Below, in pieces: positions 55,349 to 64,000 of a stretch of DNA of 64,000 bases. How positions within the stretch are numbered: the stretch's first letter is position 1; each line of letters opens with the position of its first letter. Position numbers and translations under genes: made by a program. The stretch is from the NCBI GenBank assembly GCA_041661265.1, contig JBAZUT010000004.1, positions 63,980-127,979 of the forward strand, given 5' to 3'. The DNA is from Minisyncoccota bacterium (GTDB taxonomy: Bacteria > Patescibacteriota > Minisyncoccia > JAHIHE01 > JAGLIN01). The notes under the pieces are model-generated. The model made no database searches. It saw nothing but the letters and a program-made list of their open reading frames with translations, and was not told the DNA's origin.

Positions 55349-57628
55349 ATGAAAACAAATTTCGCCTATGAAATTAAAAAAACGGTCTCAAGAAACTTTG
55401 CCGTGTTTTTTTGTTTCGGCGTGCTTGTGCCATTGGCTTCGGCCGATACCGCATTGGCCGCTGTTGCAGTCACCAAGAGGGTGGTCAGCATTGATTCTTG
55501 CGTAGATTCGGATGGCGGCATAGCTTACTACACCAAAGGAACGGTCGATACGGCTGATGCCGGTTCCAGAGGGCACTATATCGATATTTGCTCCGACGGA
55601 AAGAACCAGCTGCATGAATGGTATTGCAAAGGTATGCAGCCTGCGGAAATCACCAAGGATTGTCCGAATGGCTGCCAGGATGGCGCGTGCCGGGACAGCG
55701 GCATCGGTCCGGAATTTTCGCTCGAGATCGGCAAAAGGATATATTCGATCGGCGATGAGGTCATGATCCGGGCCAATTTTCAGGATATCGACCAACAACA
55801 CAGATCTTTTATAAAAGGGGTGGTCGTTGCTCCGGACGGATCGTTCGAAACGTCATATTTCTATAAACAGCATCTGTCCGGCGTCGAGACATCATCTGCG
55901 TTGATCAAGGGTTCGAACCTGGTCAGCGGCAGGTCCGGGAGCGCTTTCAGTTTTGACGGAAACACTTATATAGGAGATCTCCCGGGGTTCGGAAAAAAAG
56001 ACGATGTGACCATTAGCATGTGGTTCAAAACCAAAGTCGGAGGAAAATTCTATGAAGCCGAATATTATAAGGACTCGGGAGACCACTTCGCGCCGAAGTT
56101 CAGCATCAGAAAAGACAACGGGACGGTGGAATATTTCGCTTTTGTAAATAATAACGGAACCAGGAACGACCTTTCCGTTTCGACTGACGGTTCATATGAC
56201 TACCGGGATGATAAATGGCACCTCTTCACGGCTGTTTTCCGCGGCGGCGATTTTCCCAAGGGCGAACTTTATGTCGATGGAAAATTTATCGGAGAGGACG
56301 TTGATACACCAATGTCGAATTTCGACTGGGACGCTCCGGATATGAAGAACGTCAATCTTGGTTATGCCTGCGGATATCATTATAGGAATTGCATCGATTG
56401 GTCGGACGGTTTTGTCGGGGATATCGATCAGGTCCGGGTCTATAAAAGAGCCTTGTCTCAGTCCGAGGCAGGAGCTCTTTATTCGGATATAAACGTGAGC
56501 AAAAAAAACCTGGAAGTTCTCTGGGATTTCGAAAGGACGGAAAAAGAGATCGTGTTCGACAGCAGCGGAAATGGAAATAACGGCGTGTTCCATAACGCAA
56601 GCGAAGTCGGGGGCGAGAACGTGATATATGTGAACGCGATGCAGGAGGGGGTATATAGGATAACGGCAACTGCCGACTATCAGGGAAAGACTGGTAATTC
56701 ATACGCGGAATTTACGGTCGGCATCGCCGCGATAGAAGATTGGGACGTATCGGTCAATTTCGATGTCGCCAATAAAGGATCTTTCTATCCGTTTTCTTCA
56801 GCGACCGGAGTTGTCGGAAACAAGTATTATGCGAAATTAAATGCAACAGATGATCTTTACGATGAATATATCGGAAGAGAAGCCTGCACAAGCAGTTATT
56901 GGGGAGATATTTTTGAGGCGGAGCAAGCCAGGAGAGCAAAGGGATGGTATGCGGAAAGAAAAAGGATGGATAACGGGGACTACAAGATACTTATAAGGGG
57001 CACTGCTCCGGCCGATTGCGGCTATTCGTCTCCCGGGGAATCAAAAGGAGAACTGACAGTGAATCCGTATTCCGACTGGAAAATAAAAGAAGTTGTGAAA
57101 TGCAATGCGCAAGGAAGCAACAAGGGTCAGGAGGTGAAATGCGAGTCGGGCGACGGATATATTGAATTTTCGGCGGGAAGCAATTGCGGAGGATGCTGCG
57201 CGTGCGCCGACAGCGGAAGTCTGGATATAGAGGTGATCCTGGGGAAAAATGGCGGCTCGTCTCCGGTAAAACCGCAAGGATCATGCACCGATACGGACGA
57301 AGGACAGGATGTTTTCAGAAAAGGCGATGTGGTGTATATGGGAAAAACCAATTCCGATCAATGCGTATCGCAGGATACGCTGAAGGAATATTATTGCGAA
57401 AAAGATGGCAGAGGCAAGGCCGCCGATCACGTTTGCGAGAACGGATGCGAGGATGGGGCGTGTATTAAAACAGATGGTGCAAGCGATAACAATGCGAATG
57501 ATGATGCCTTGGCGAAATTTAATGAGGAAATAGAGAATTCCGGCTTGAGCGGTGTGATCGTTGCTGTTTTGGGAGTGGTTCTCAGCATAATCATCATTAT
57601 TGCAGTCGCGCTCAGCAAGAAAATGTAA
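55349..57628 (+). CDS. Cell-surface protein: signal peptide, N-terminal Cys-rich module, LamG/ConA-like lectin domain, Cys-rich segments, C-terminal TM anchor.
   Basis: 759 aa. LamG-like block ...FSFDGNTYIGDLPGFGKKDDVTISMWFKT...WHLFTAVFRGG...GELYVDGKFIGE...DQVRVYKRALS; paired Cys (CxDGAC, CxNGCxDGAC) at both ends; C-terminal hydrophobic VIVAVLGVVLSIIIIIAVAL plus KKM. Confidence 0.8.
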   Translation: MKTNFAYEIKKTVSRNFAVFFCFGVLVPLASADTALAAVAVTKRVVSIDSCVDSDGGIAYYTKGTVDTADAGSRGHYIDICSDGKNQLHEWYCKGMQPAEITKDCPNGCQDGACRDSGIGPEFSLEIGKRIYSIGDEVMIRANFQDIDQQHRSFIKGVVVAPDGSFETSYFYKQHLSGVETSSALIKGSNLVSGRSGSAFSFDGNTYIGDLPGFGKKDDVTISMWFKTKVGGKFYEAEYYKDSGDHFAPKFSIRKDNGTVEYFAFVNNNGTRNDLSVSTDGSYDYRDDKWHLFTAVFRGGDFPKGELYVDGKFIGEDVDTPMSNFDWDAPDMKNVNLGYACGYHYRNCIDWSDGFVGDIDQVRVYKRALSQSEAGALYSDINVSKKNLEVLWDFERTEKEIVFDSSGNGNNGVFHNASEVGGENVIYVNAMQEGVYRITATADYQGKTGNSYAEFTVGIAAIEDWDVSVNFDVANKGSFYPFSSATGVVGNKYYAKLNATDDLYDEYIGREACTSSYWGDIFEAEQARRAKGWYAERKRMDNGDYKILIRGTAPADCGYSSPGESKGELTVNPYSDWKIKEVVKCNAQGSNKGQEVKCESGDGYIEFSAGSNCGGCCACADSGSLDIEVILGKNGGSSPVKPQGSCTDTDEGQDVFRKGDVVYMGKTNSDQCVSQDTLKEYYCEKDGRGKAADHVCENGCEDGACIKTDGASDNNANDDALAKFNEEIENSGLSGVIVAVLGVVLSIIIIIAVALSKKM

Positions 57629-57638
57629 CACATAGGTC

Positions 57639-58418
57639 ATGACTACCAGAAAAATCGTGCGAAATGCCGGCAGGGGAAGAGACGGAGCCTTGCGGCCTGA
57701 ATTTAAAAGCTATATAAAAGCCCAAATACAACTTCCGAGAAATGAGTGGGATGCAGCTTTCGGGAATTATGTAGAGAAAAAAAGACGCGAAGCCGTGGAA
57801 ATGCTAAGCGATGATTCGCCGGAGGTTTTTAACGACAATGCATGCAAAAAGAGATATAATATCTATCTTAAATATCTTTGCGTTACCGGAGGAGACAGAT
57901 ACTTTTCCGGGAAAGATGTCATTGATCTCGGATGCGGCGAAGGAGAATTCATCCTTGAGTGTCTGAAGAGGGGCAAGGTGAAAAGCGCATATGGCCTGGA
58001 CCTCGAAATAAGAAAAGAGCTTTCAGATGGAAAATACGGAAAAAATTTTATCAAGGGGGATTATACAAAAAAGTTGCCGTTTTCGCGCGCGGATATAATA
58101 GTTTCGAATGGAGGAGCCAGCACGCTTTTTTTCGAGAGGGACGGGAAGCGAAAATTTGAAAAGCTGATCAGAAATTGCATCAGGATCCTGAGTGCAAATG
58201 GAGAAATAAGGATCGCCCCGATCAATTGCTGCTATAGTTCGAAAATCAGGCTGGTTGGCATCGATAAGAGCATCAAAAAATTGGCCAATGTATTGAAAAA
58301 ACTTTCAGGGGAAAAGCTTATCGATCACAGTTTTGAACCGATCGATATTCAAGTAAGCGGATGGGAGTTCCGGGATGTTTTTCTTTGGCAGGCCTTGATC
58401 ATCAAAAAACGGTCTTGA
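57639..58418 (+). CDS. Class I SAM-dependent methyltransferase.
   Basis: Motif I VIDLGCGEGEF and the following acidic beta2 (GLDLE); 259 aa. Confidence 0.7.
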   Translation: MTTRKIVRNAGRGRDGALRPEFKSYIKAQIQLPRNEWDAAFGNYVEKKRREAVEMLSDDSPEVFNDNACKKRYNIYLKYLCVTGGDRYFSGKDVIDLGCGEGEFILECLKRGKVKSAYGLDLEIRKELSDGKYGKNFIKGDYTKKLPFSRADIIVSNGGASTLFFERDGKRKFEKLIRNCIRILSANGEIRIAPINCCYSSKIRLVGIDKSIKKLANVLKKLSGEKLIDHSFEPIDIQVSGWEFRDVFLWQALIIKKRS

Positions 58419-58509
58419 CCGGAGGGTAAAATTGGTGTATAATTATAGTATAGAATTTGATATTTAGGATAAAGGGTGAAAGGCCCTTTGTTTTATTTAT
58501 AGCCGGAAA

Positions 58510-59523
58510 ATGCAGACAAAAACACAAACAAAAATGCAAATATGCTCAAAAAACACAATAATTAAGATCGGCGCAATCGTCTCCCTGATTGCCATCTTTA
58601 ATGTCGGCGTTGTCGTCGCTTTTGCTTTTGAAAAACATGAGATCGCCCCCGAGATCATGCTGGAACTTACCAACAGGTCCAGGGAAGCAAACGGGGTACC
58701 GGAACTTAACATGAATACGCAGCTCGTTTCGGCCGCTGAGGCAAAGGCGAATGACATGTTCAAATCTCAATATTTTAACCATGAAAGCCCGAACGGGAAA
58801 ACTCCATGGGAATTCATCAGATCGGCCGGATATGAATATTTATTCGCCGGAGAAAATCTGGCGATGGATTTCGTTTCTGCGGAAGGAGTTCACAAGGCTC
58901 TGATGGATAGCAGCTCGCACAGGGAAAATCTTTTGAATGCGAATTATTCCGATGTAGGTATTGCAGTAAAGAGGGGAATTTTCGATGGAGCGGAGACTGT
59001 TATAGTCGTGGAAGAATTCGGTTCGCCGCTCGCCAGGAAGAATGCCGTTGAATTCCAAAAGGCGGAAGTGCAGGTCGAGACAGACGGGCCGACATCCACG
59101 GAAACAGATAAAGTTCAGGCGCCAACGGCAGTTCGGGTTGTGCCGGAGCAGGACAGCGCCGCGATCAATGATCCTGAGAACGATGATTCCTGCAATTCGG
59201 CAGGCGTTGAACTGGAGGAAGAAAATACACCGGAAGCCGCAGGAAATATACCCATTCGTATATCAGATACGCAATATACATTTTTCAAAGATTTCTATAT
59301 TTGCAGCTCCGATATCGATGATGAAATAGAGAATATCCCGGATGTATATGTCGCGGATATAAAAGGGGAACGGAGCGGAATGATGTCTGCTGAGGGGCCA
59401 TTGAAATATCTCGCAGTCATCGATTCATTCGAAAAAGAGATAATGCTGATACTTCTTTCTTTTGCGGTTTCGATGAATCTTTACTATATCTCGGATGAAG
59501 ATCTTCGGAATGATGACGGATGA
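58510..59523 (+). CDS. Membrane-anchored CAP/SCP/PR-1-domain protein (YkwD-like) with an acidic C-terminal extension.
   Basis: N-terminal signal anchor. CAP motifs ...ELNMNTQLVSAAEAKANDM..., HRENLLNANYSDVGIAV, and the GEN / HxxN pattern; C-terminal ~150-aa acidic low-complexity region. Confidence 0.75.
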   Translation: MQTKTQTKMQICSKNTIIKIGAIVSLIAIFNVGVVVAFAFEKHEIAPEIMLELTNRSREANGVPELNMNTQLVSAAEAKANDMFKSQYFNHESPNGKTPWEFIRSAGYEYLFAGENLAMDFVSAEGVHKALMDSSSHRENLLNANYSDVGIAVKRGIFDGAETVIVVEEFGSPLARKNAVEFQKAEVQVETDGPTSTETDKVQAPTAVRVVPEQDSAAINDPENDDSCNSAGVELEEENTPEAAGNIPIRISDTQYTFFKDFYICSSDIDDEIENIPDVYVADIKGERSGMMSAEGPLKYLAVIDSFEKEIMLILLSFAVSMNLYYISDEDLRNDDG

Positions 59524-59611
59524 TTCCCGGTTCTGTTCATAGAAAGTGCAGCTTAATTCGTATATAAAATAAAATACCCAACTGATGCCGGGTATGTTTT
59601 TATAATGACTA

Positions 59612-59812
59612 TTATGCAACGCTGATCTTTTTAACCGATCCCAACCCGGTGATAATGTAATTTGTCGATATTGATACAGCGATTATTATCCATCCGGATA
59701 ACATGATAAATATCTTCTGGGTCGGCTCATTTCCGCTGAAATATGCAATTGGCGCAACTGCAACCGCATATGATATCAGCACTGCAACTAAGAATACCAT
59801 TGGTCTTTCCAT
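59612..59812 (-). CDS. Small 2-TM membrane protein (hypothetical).
   Basis: 66 aa, two hydrophobic helices; co-oriented downstream of 59947..60570. Could be spurious. Confidence 0.3.
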   Translation of the reverse strand: MERPMVFLVAVLISYAVAVAPIAYFSGNEPTQKIFIMLSGWIIIAVSISTNYIITGLGSVKKISVA

Positions 59813-59946
59813 AATATTTCCTCCGATTCGTATTATAATATATTTATATAATTTGTCAGGTGTTTGGCTTTGTCTATTCTTTGCGGATGGAAGCCTGGAT
59901 TCTTCGGCAAAAAATAAAAAGAGGAAAGTATCTTCGGTCTTTTGAC

Positions 59947-60570
59947 CTATTTTTCTTCCTCTCTGGTTTCAAATTCTTTGTCTCTTGCGATTGACAGCAT
60001 CTTGATTATCAAGAAGAGAGTCGTGCCTCCGCCCAATGTGGTGAATATTACGATCATGGCTTTTCCGAAGTATATATCGGAATATTCTTCATCAAATATT
60101 ATCCCCCTTCCATCTTCCGTTGGCCTTGGATTGGAAAAAAACATTCCGTCTCCAGGTTTTTTCGGTACTGGCGCCAATTCGGTGGAATATAGGTCCCATC
60201 TGGCTGATATATTGTTATATGCCAGCTCGGGTTCATATCCGTACAGCTTGACGCTGTGGTCTTTGATTACGTATCTAACTTTCTCGATCTTTCCTGTCTC
60301 AACTTTATACAGGAACAGTGCGCTGCTGATCGGGCTCTCTATTGTCTCCCGTTCCGTGTCTATCCATGGAAATGGGCGGACACTTACATCATATGATGTA
60401 AGATTTTCCCATCCGGGGTTGATTTTGACAACATTTGATTCTGCCCAGCTTGGTACTGCCATTGTTTCCGGCAGGGTAGTGAACATCAGGTATGAGCCTA
60501 GGCCAATAACTGAGCTCATAAACAACAAAATAATCAATGCTACTTTTTTACTTCTTTTCTTCTCTGACAT
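59947..60570 (-). CDS. Hypothetical membrane protein (N- and C-terminal TM flanking an about 140-aa external domain).
   Basis: 207 aa; KK-rich N-terminus then TM ALIILLFMSSVIGLGSYLMF; C-terminal TM MIVIFTTLGGGTTLFLIIKML. Family not recognised. Confidence 0.5.
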   Translation of the reverse strand: MSEKKRSKKVALIILLFMSSVIGLGSYLMFTTLPETMAVPSWAESNVVKINPGWENLTSYDVSVRPFPWIDTERETIESPISSALFLYKVETGKIEKVRYVIKDHSVKLYGYEPELAYNNISARWDLYSTELAPVPKKPGDGMFFSNPRPTEDGRGIIFDEEYSDIYFGKAMIVIFTTLGGGTTLFLIIKMLSIARDKEFETREEEK

Positions 60571-60965
60571 AATGTGAACCTCCCAGTTCTTGTATCGTCA
60601 CTTTAATAAGTGGCTTCAATTGGCCATTAATACTCAATAACCAGTTAAAGCCACTCAAATCCATGTTATAAAAGGTCATTATTAATCACAATTATATTAT
60701 AGCACAAAAACAGTAAACTGTCAATATGAGCACATATGGAATGTCTGGCAGTCGGAAACCAATATAAGTGTTTTTAAAAGTATTTGAGCGTAAATAGCCG
60801 TATTTGATATGACTATTTGTCCATCCGATAAAATTGACATGGATATCTTTATGCATGGAGGTAAATGAATGCTAAACTTGCATATTTTCGGAATGGATGA
60901 AAATACTGCCGGCGAGGTCAAAAAAACAAGGTTGGTCATCCGATCAAGCACCTTTTTTTATTTGA

Positions 60966-60994
60966 TTGACATGGAAAATTCAATGATATAATAT
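60966..60994 (+). promoter_or_regulatory. Near-consensus sigma70 promoter (TTGACA, then TATAAT at 15-nt or TAATAT at 17-nt spacing) with a strong Shine-Dalgarno (AAAGGAGGTG) 7 nt before the ATG at 61021.
   Basis: ttgaca at 60966-60971 and tataat at 60987-60992. The RBS aaaggaggtg at 61004-61013 is the strongest SD in the window. Confidence 0.5.
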
Positions 60995-61020
60995 GAATCC
61001 AGTAAAAAGGAGGTGCGTCA

Positions 61021-61443
61021 ATGGAAATTGCGAAATCCGGCGGGATCATGCTGTTCATAATAGACAGGATAATTGCCAGAACAAGAGAAAGAAAATGGAT
61101 AAAAAAGAAATGGGTTGAAAAAAAAACACTCGAAGATCTTTTCGACGAACTTGACCGAAAAGGGGTCAGGAATATTTATACGCATGTTGATTTTGATGAA
61201 CCATGGCCGACTTTTGACGGAGATCTGTCTTTGTTCGTCGAGGTCGGATGGATAGAGGTCGAATCCTTTATCGTTCAAGTGTCGTCAAAAGAGACAGGCA
61301 CGGATATTGGCCTGGAAGAAAGGGTATTTATATGTCTGACTGAGAGAGGAAGAAAGGCAATTGAAGGCAGCACTCTTTATTTTCCGGAGCATCAAAAGAT
61401 CATAGAAGAAGTCATAAGCGGCATTGCTTTGAATAAAAATTAG
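61021..61443 (+). CDS. Hypothetical 140-aa soluble protein (family not recognised).
   Basis: ORF with strong promoter/RBS context; mixed charged composition, no TM. Confidence 0.5.
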   Translation: MEIAKSGGIMLFIIDRIIARTRERKWIKKKWVEKKTLEDLFDELDRKGVRNIYTHVDFDEPWPTFDGDLSLFVEVGWIEVESFIVQVSSKETGTDIGLEERVFICLTERGRKAIEGSTLYFPEHQKIIEEVISGIALNKN

Positions 61444-61583
61444 CAATGTCTTTTTTTATCGGGACGCAGGGTCCGTGAGGGATTTCCGAAGAGCGTTTTT
61501 GGCTTGGATCTTTCGGGGCTAAATCCTTTACTTTCCATATATTTCATGCTAGAATATCCTGGTAATTTATATCTTTCATAATA

Positions 61584-63035
61584 ATGGCAGATTCAGAGGT
61601 AGTGCTTCGGTTCGACGAAGTGTCATTCGAATATCAATACAAAAAGCCCCTTTTGGACGAGGCCAGTTTCAGCGTGAGGAACGGTTCGAAAATAACATTG
61701 ATGGGGCAGAACGGGGCGGGCAAGAGCACCATGTTCGGACTCATAACCGGAGCGATCAAACCAAAAAACGGGAGGATCTCAGTTTCAAATGGCGCGACTA
61801 TTGCGACCTCGAAGCAGGTTATGGACAGGGGAGATCTAGCGCTTACGGTTCTGGAATACTTCAAAAAGGCCTATAGGGATGTGCCGTATAATATTCCGGT
61901 AAAGATCAAGGAAGTTCTGGAAGCGGTCAATCTTAATGTTCCTGTTGAAAAGAAAGTCAGCGACCTTTCGGGCGGTCAGCAGGCCAGGTTGCTCCTTGCT
62001 TTTGCGCTTATTCAGAATCCCGACATCCTGCTTCTTGATGAACCGACGAATAATTTGGATGAAGATGGCATTGCCCATCTCATCAATTTTCTGATGATGT
62101 ATGAGAAGACTGTTATTGTCATATCACATGATGCCGATTTCTTGAACTGTTTTACCGACGGCGTTGTCTATCTTGATGTGTTCACTCATAAAACGGAGCA
62201 ATATGTCGGCGATTATTATACCGTGGTGGAAGAGATCAAAAACAGGATCGAGCGCGAGAAAAAGAAGAATGCCCAGCTGGAAAAGAACATAATTGACAGG
62301 AAAGAAAAGGTCAACTTTTTTGCCCATAAGGGAGGCAAGATGAGGCGTCTTGCGAAGAAGCTCAAAGAGGAGGTTACGGAAGACGAGGAGAATATGGTTG
62401 ACGTGAGGCGGGAGGATAAGACGATCAGGAGTTTTTCCATTCCAAGCCAGGATATCGCGGGAAAGATAGTCGAGATAGCGGCGGTGAAAGCCCTGAAGAA
62501 TGGCGAGGAAGTCGAAAAAAAACTGGAGATGGTCCTGCGCAGGGGAACTCATATGCTTGTTTCCGGCCCCAATGGTGTTGGAAAGAGCACATTCCTCCGC
62601 TCGCTCGTGTCCGGCAATTCCCCCGAGCATAAGATCATGGAAGGAGTCCGGGTCGGATATTATAGCCAGGATTTTTCTTCGCTGGATTTCGATCAGACAG
62701 TATATGATTCTCTTTTTGGTGCCATAATCGAAAATGATGTCCAGGAAATGAGGTCCATCGCCGCGGGATTTTTGATCACGGGCGAGCTGATGGGCCACAA
62801 GATCTCCGATCTTTCTGAAGGACAAAAGGGGCTATTGAGCTTCGCGCGCCTGGTTCTGATGAAACCGGGGCTTTTGATCCTGGATGAACCGACGAATCAC
62901 ATCAATTTCAGGCACATTCCGGTAATAGCCAAAGCTATTGATGAATATGACGGAACGATGATCATGGTGAGTCATATGGATGAGTTCGTTCGCGAGATCA
63001 GGATCGATGAAACGCTTGATCTTGGAAAGTTGTAA
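61584..63035 (+). CDS. ABC-F family ATPase (two tandem ABC ATP-binding domains, no TMD; Uup/EttA-like).
   Basis: Walker A GQNGAGKST and GPNGVGKST; ABC signatures LSGGQQARL and LSEGQKGLL; Walker B LLLDEPTNNLD and ILDEPTNHI; linker between the domains. Confidence 0.88.
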   Translation: MADSEVVLRFDEVSFEYQYKKPLLDEASFSVRNGSKITLMGQNGAGKSTMFGLITGAIKPKNGRISVSNGATIATSKQVMDRGDLALTVLEYFKKAYRDVPYNIPVKIKEVLEAVNLNVPVEKKVSDLSGGQQARLLLAFALIQNPDILLLDEPTNNLDEDGIAHLINFLMMYEKTVIVISHDADFLNCFTDGVVYLDVFTHKTEQYVGDYYTVVEEIKNRIEREKKKNAQLEKNIIDRKEKVNFFAHKGGKMRRLAKKLKEEVTEDEENMVDVRREDKTIRSFSIPSQDIAGKIVEIAAVKALKNGEEVEKKLEMVLRRGTHMLVSGPNGVGKSTFLRSLVSGNSPEHKIMEGVRVGYYSQDFSSLDFDQTVYDSLFGAIIENDVQEMRSIAAGFLITGELMGHKISDLSEGQKGLLSFARLVLMKPGLLILDEPTNHINFRHIPVIAKAIDEYDGTMIMVSHMDEFVREIRIDETLDLGKL

Positions 63036-63115
63036 TAATATAAATACGTTTATATATAGAAAATAGCCGTTGTCTAGGACGGATATTTTTATACAAAAAA
63101 ATAGAGCCGATCCAT

Positions 63116-63688
63116 TTATTGAACCGACTCAATTAATTCTTTTTCGCAATTTTTCCGAACTTCAATTATCACTCCTTCGTTGTAGGGCAGCGTAGTGCCA
63201 ATATCTTCGGCGTAAAACGTATGAATATTGTCATCAAATTTGATCGCTATGCTCGATGACGGCTGAAAAATATGCGTGGGGTCATTCGCATTGTCGTTTA
63301 CATTGCCTATGGAATAATTTCCCCATGATCTATCTATATTTTTCAGACAAATGATTACTACGGGATAATCTTTCTCTTGAAAGTCATATACCCGAATACT
63401 TGATATATTATTTTTTGTTTTGGCCGCAGTTTTAACGGGAGCCCTTGTTTTTGCCGGCGTGATGTTTGCCTTAGTCATATTGCCGGTATTTTCATGAATG
63501 ATTCCATTTATGTCTATCGATGTATTATTGTTATGGTTCGAGTCGGTGGAATTATTTCCATTTTTCTCCAAACAGCCCGAGGTTATCAACACTATTATTG
63601 CGAGTATAAAGAACATTTTTAATTTTGTCATAGATCCTCCGTGAAGCCACAAACACTGCTTCAGAACAAATGCCAAAATATCACTCAT
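63116..63688 (-). CDS. Secreted hypothetical protein (signal peptide, Asn/Thr-rich N-terminal region).
   Basis: 190 aa; MTKLKMFFILAIIVLITSGCLE (lipoprotein-like Cys after the hydrophobic core). Family not recognised. Confidence 0.5.
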   Translation of the reverse strand: MSDILAFVLKQCLWLHGGSMTKLKMFFILAIIVLITSGCLEKNGNNSTDSNHNNNTSIDINGIIHENTGNMTKANITPAKTRAPVKTAAKTKNNISSIRVYDFQEKDYPVVIICLKNIDRSWGNYSIGNVNDNANDPTHIFQPSSSIAIKFDDNIHTFYAEDIGTTLPYNEGVIIEVRKNCEKELIESVQ

Positions 63689-64000
63689 GGCATCCGATCT
63701 GAAATAGTGTTTATGTTTTGAGATAAACCGTCATTTGTTTTGATAATTTATATTTTCCAGATCTACAAGATATTTATAGGCTTGGAAAAAATAAGGAAAG
63801 GCAGTTACATTATTTGATTCCTATGATAAGGATATTCATAACTGACTTTCCCTCTGGAAACCAGATAGTGCTGCCGTCTGACTGCCAAAAGGAGCCGACT
63901 TGTTCCGATCCGTTGATCAGAGAGAACCTGAAAATCCTAAAGTCGGCGCTTTGATCCGCCGGGTCCGTCAAGTTGTTCAGCTCTTCCGCGGAGCCATTGA

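Overview
This 64-kb window is AT-rich and gene-dense, with mostly weak Shine-Dalgarno signals, only output-less single-domain response regulators and a very high density of type IV pilus (T4P) genes. By inference it is Patescibacteria/CPR-like or from another small-genome lineage. All family assignments come from reading motifs in the supplied translations; no searches were run.

Layout:
- 1-12.1 kb: surface-glycan locus (GT2, CmcI-type methyltransferase, polytopic membrane protein, DegT aminotransferase, CapD/PglF-like dehydratase, Wzz-like co-polymerase, Wzy_C/O-antigen-ligase-family protein with C-terminal TPRs). An AAA+ ATPase gene sits in this locus, bracketed by two copies of a ~150-170 bp composite repeat.
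- 12.1-13.6 kb: minimal histidine kinase plus CheY-like regulator.
- 13.8-24.1 kb: T4P cluster 1 on the + strand (pilB, pilC, three prepilins, a 686-aa PilX_N protein, pilM, pilN, pilO, small membrane protein), then tRNA-Arg(TCT).
- 24.5-31.5 kb: signalling island (TM-HAMP-coiled-coil protein with a Cys/Trp-rich tail, stand-alone FIST protein, cytoplasmic PAS kinase, REC, two paralogous polytopic membrane proteins, pseudo-REC+REC regulator).
- 31.6-33.0 kb: FAD-dependent oxidoreductase.
- 33.1-49.2 kb: T4P cluster 2 on the - strand (pilO, pilM-N fusion, pilX, pseudopilin, 425-aa and 1205-aa secreted adhesin-like proteins sharing a repeated ~125-aa domain, class-A beta-lactamase-fold hydrolase, lipoprotein, two prepilins, pilC, pilB, polytopic membrane protein, major pilin).
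- 49.5-53.9 kb: two tandem REC regulators, an 874-aa multi-PAS kinase and a membrane-anchored PhnD-like binding protein.
- 54.1-63.7 kb: M42 peptidase, LamG/ConA-like surface protein, methyltransferase, CAP-domain protein, small membrane proteins, ABC-F ATPase.

Most notable non-genic structure: a recurring MITE-like composite repeat at the 3' ends of four + strand genes, two of which bracket the ATPase gene; a perfect 43-bp palindrome present twice; short oligomer tandem arrays in many intergenic regions and within or just upstream of the 5' ends of pilin genes. No CRISPR array, transposase or integrase was seen.
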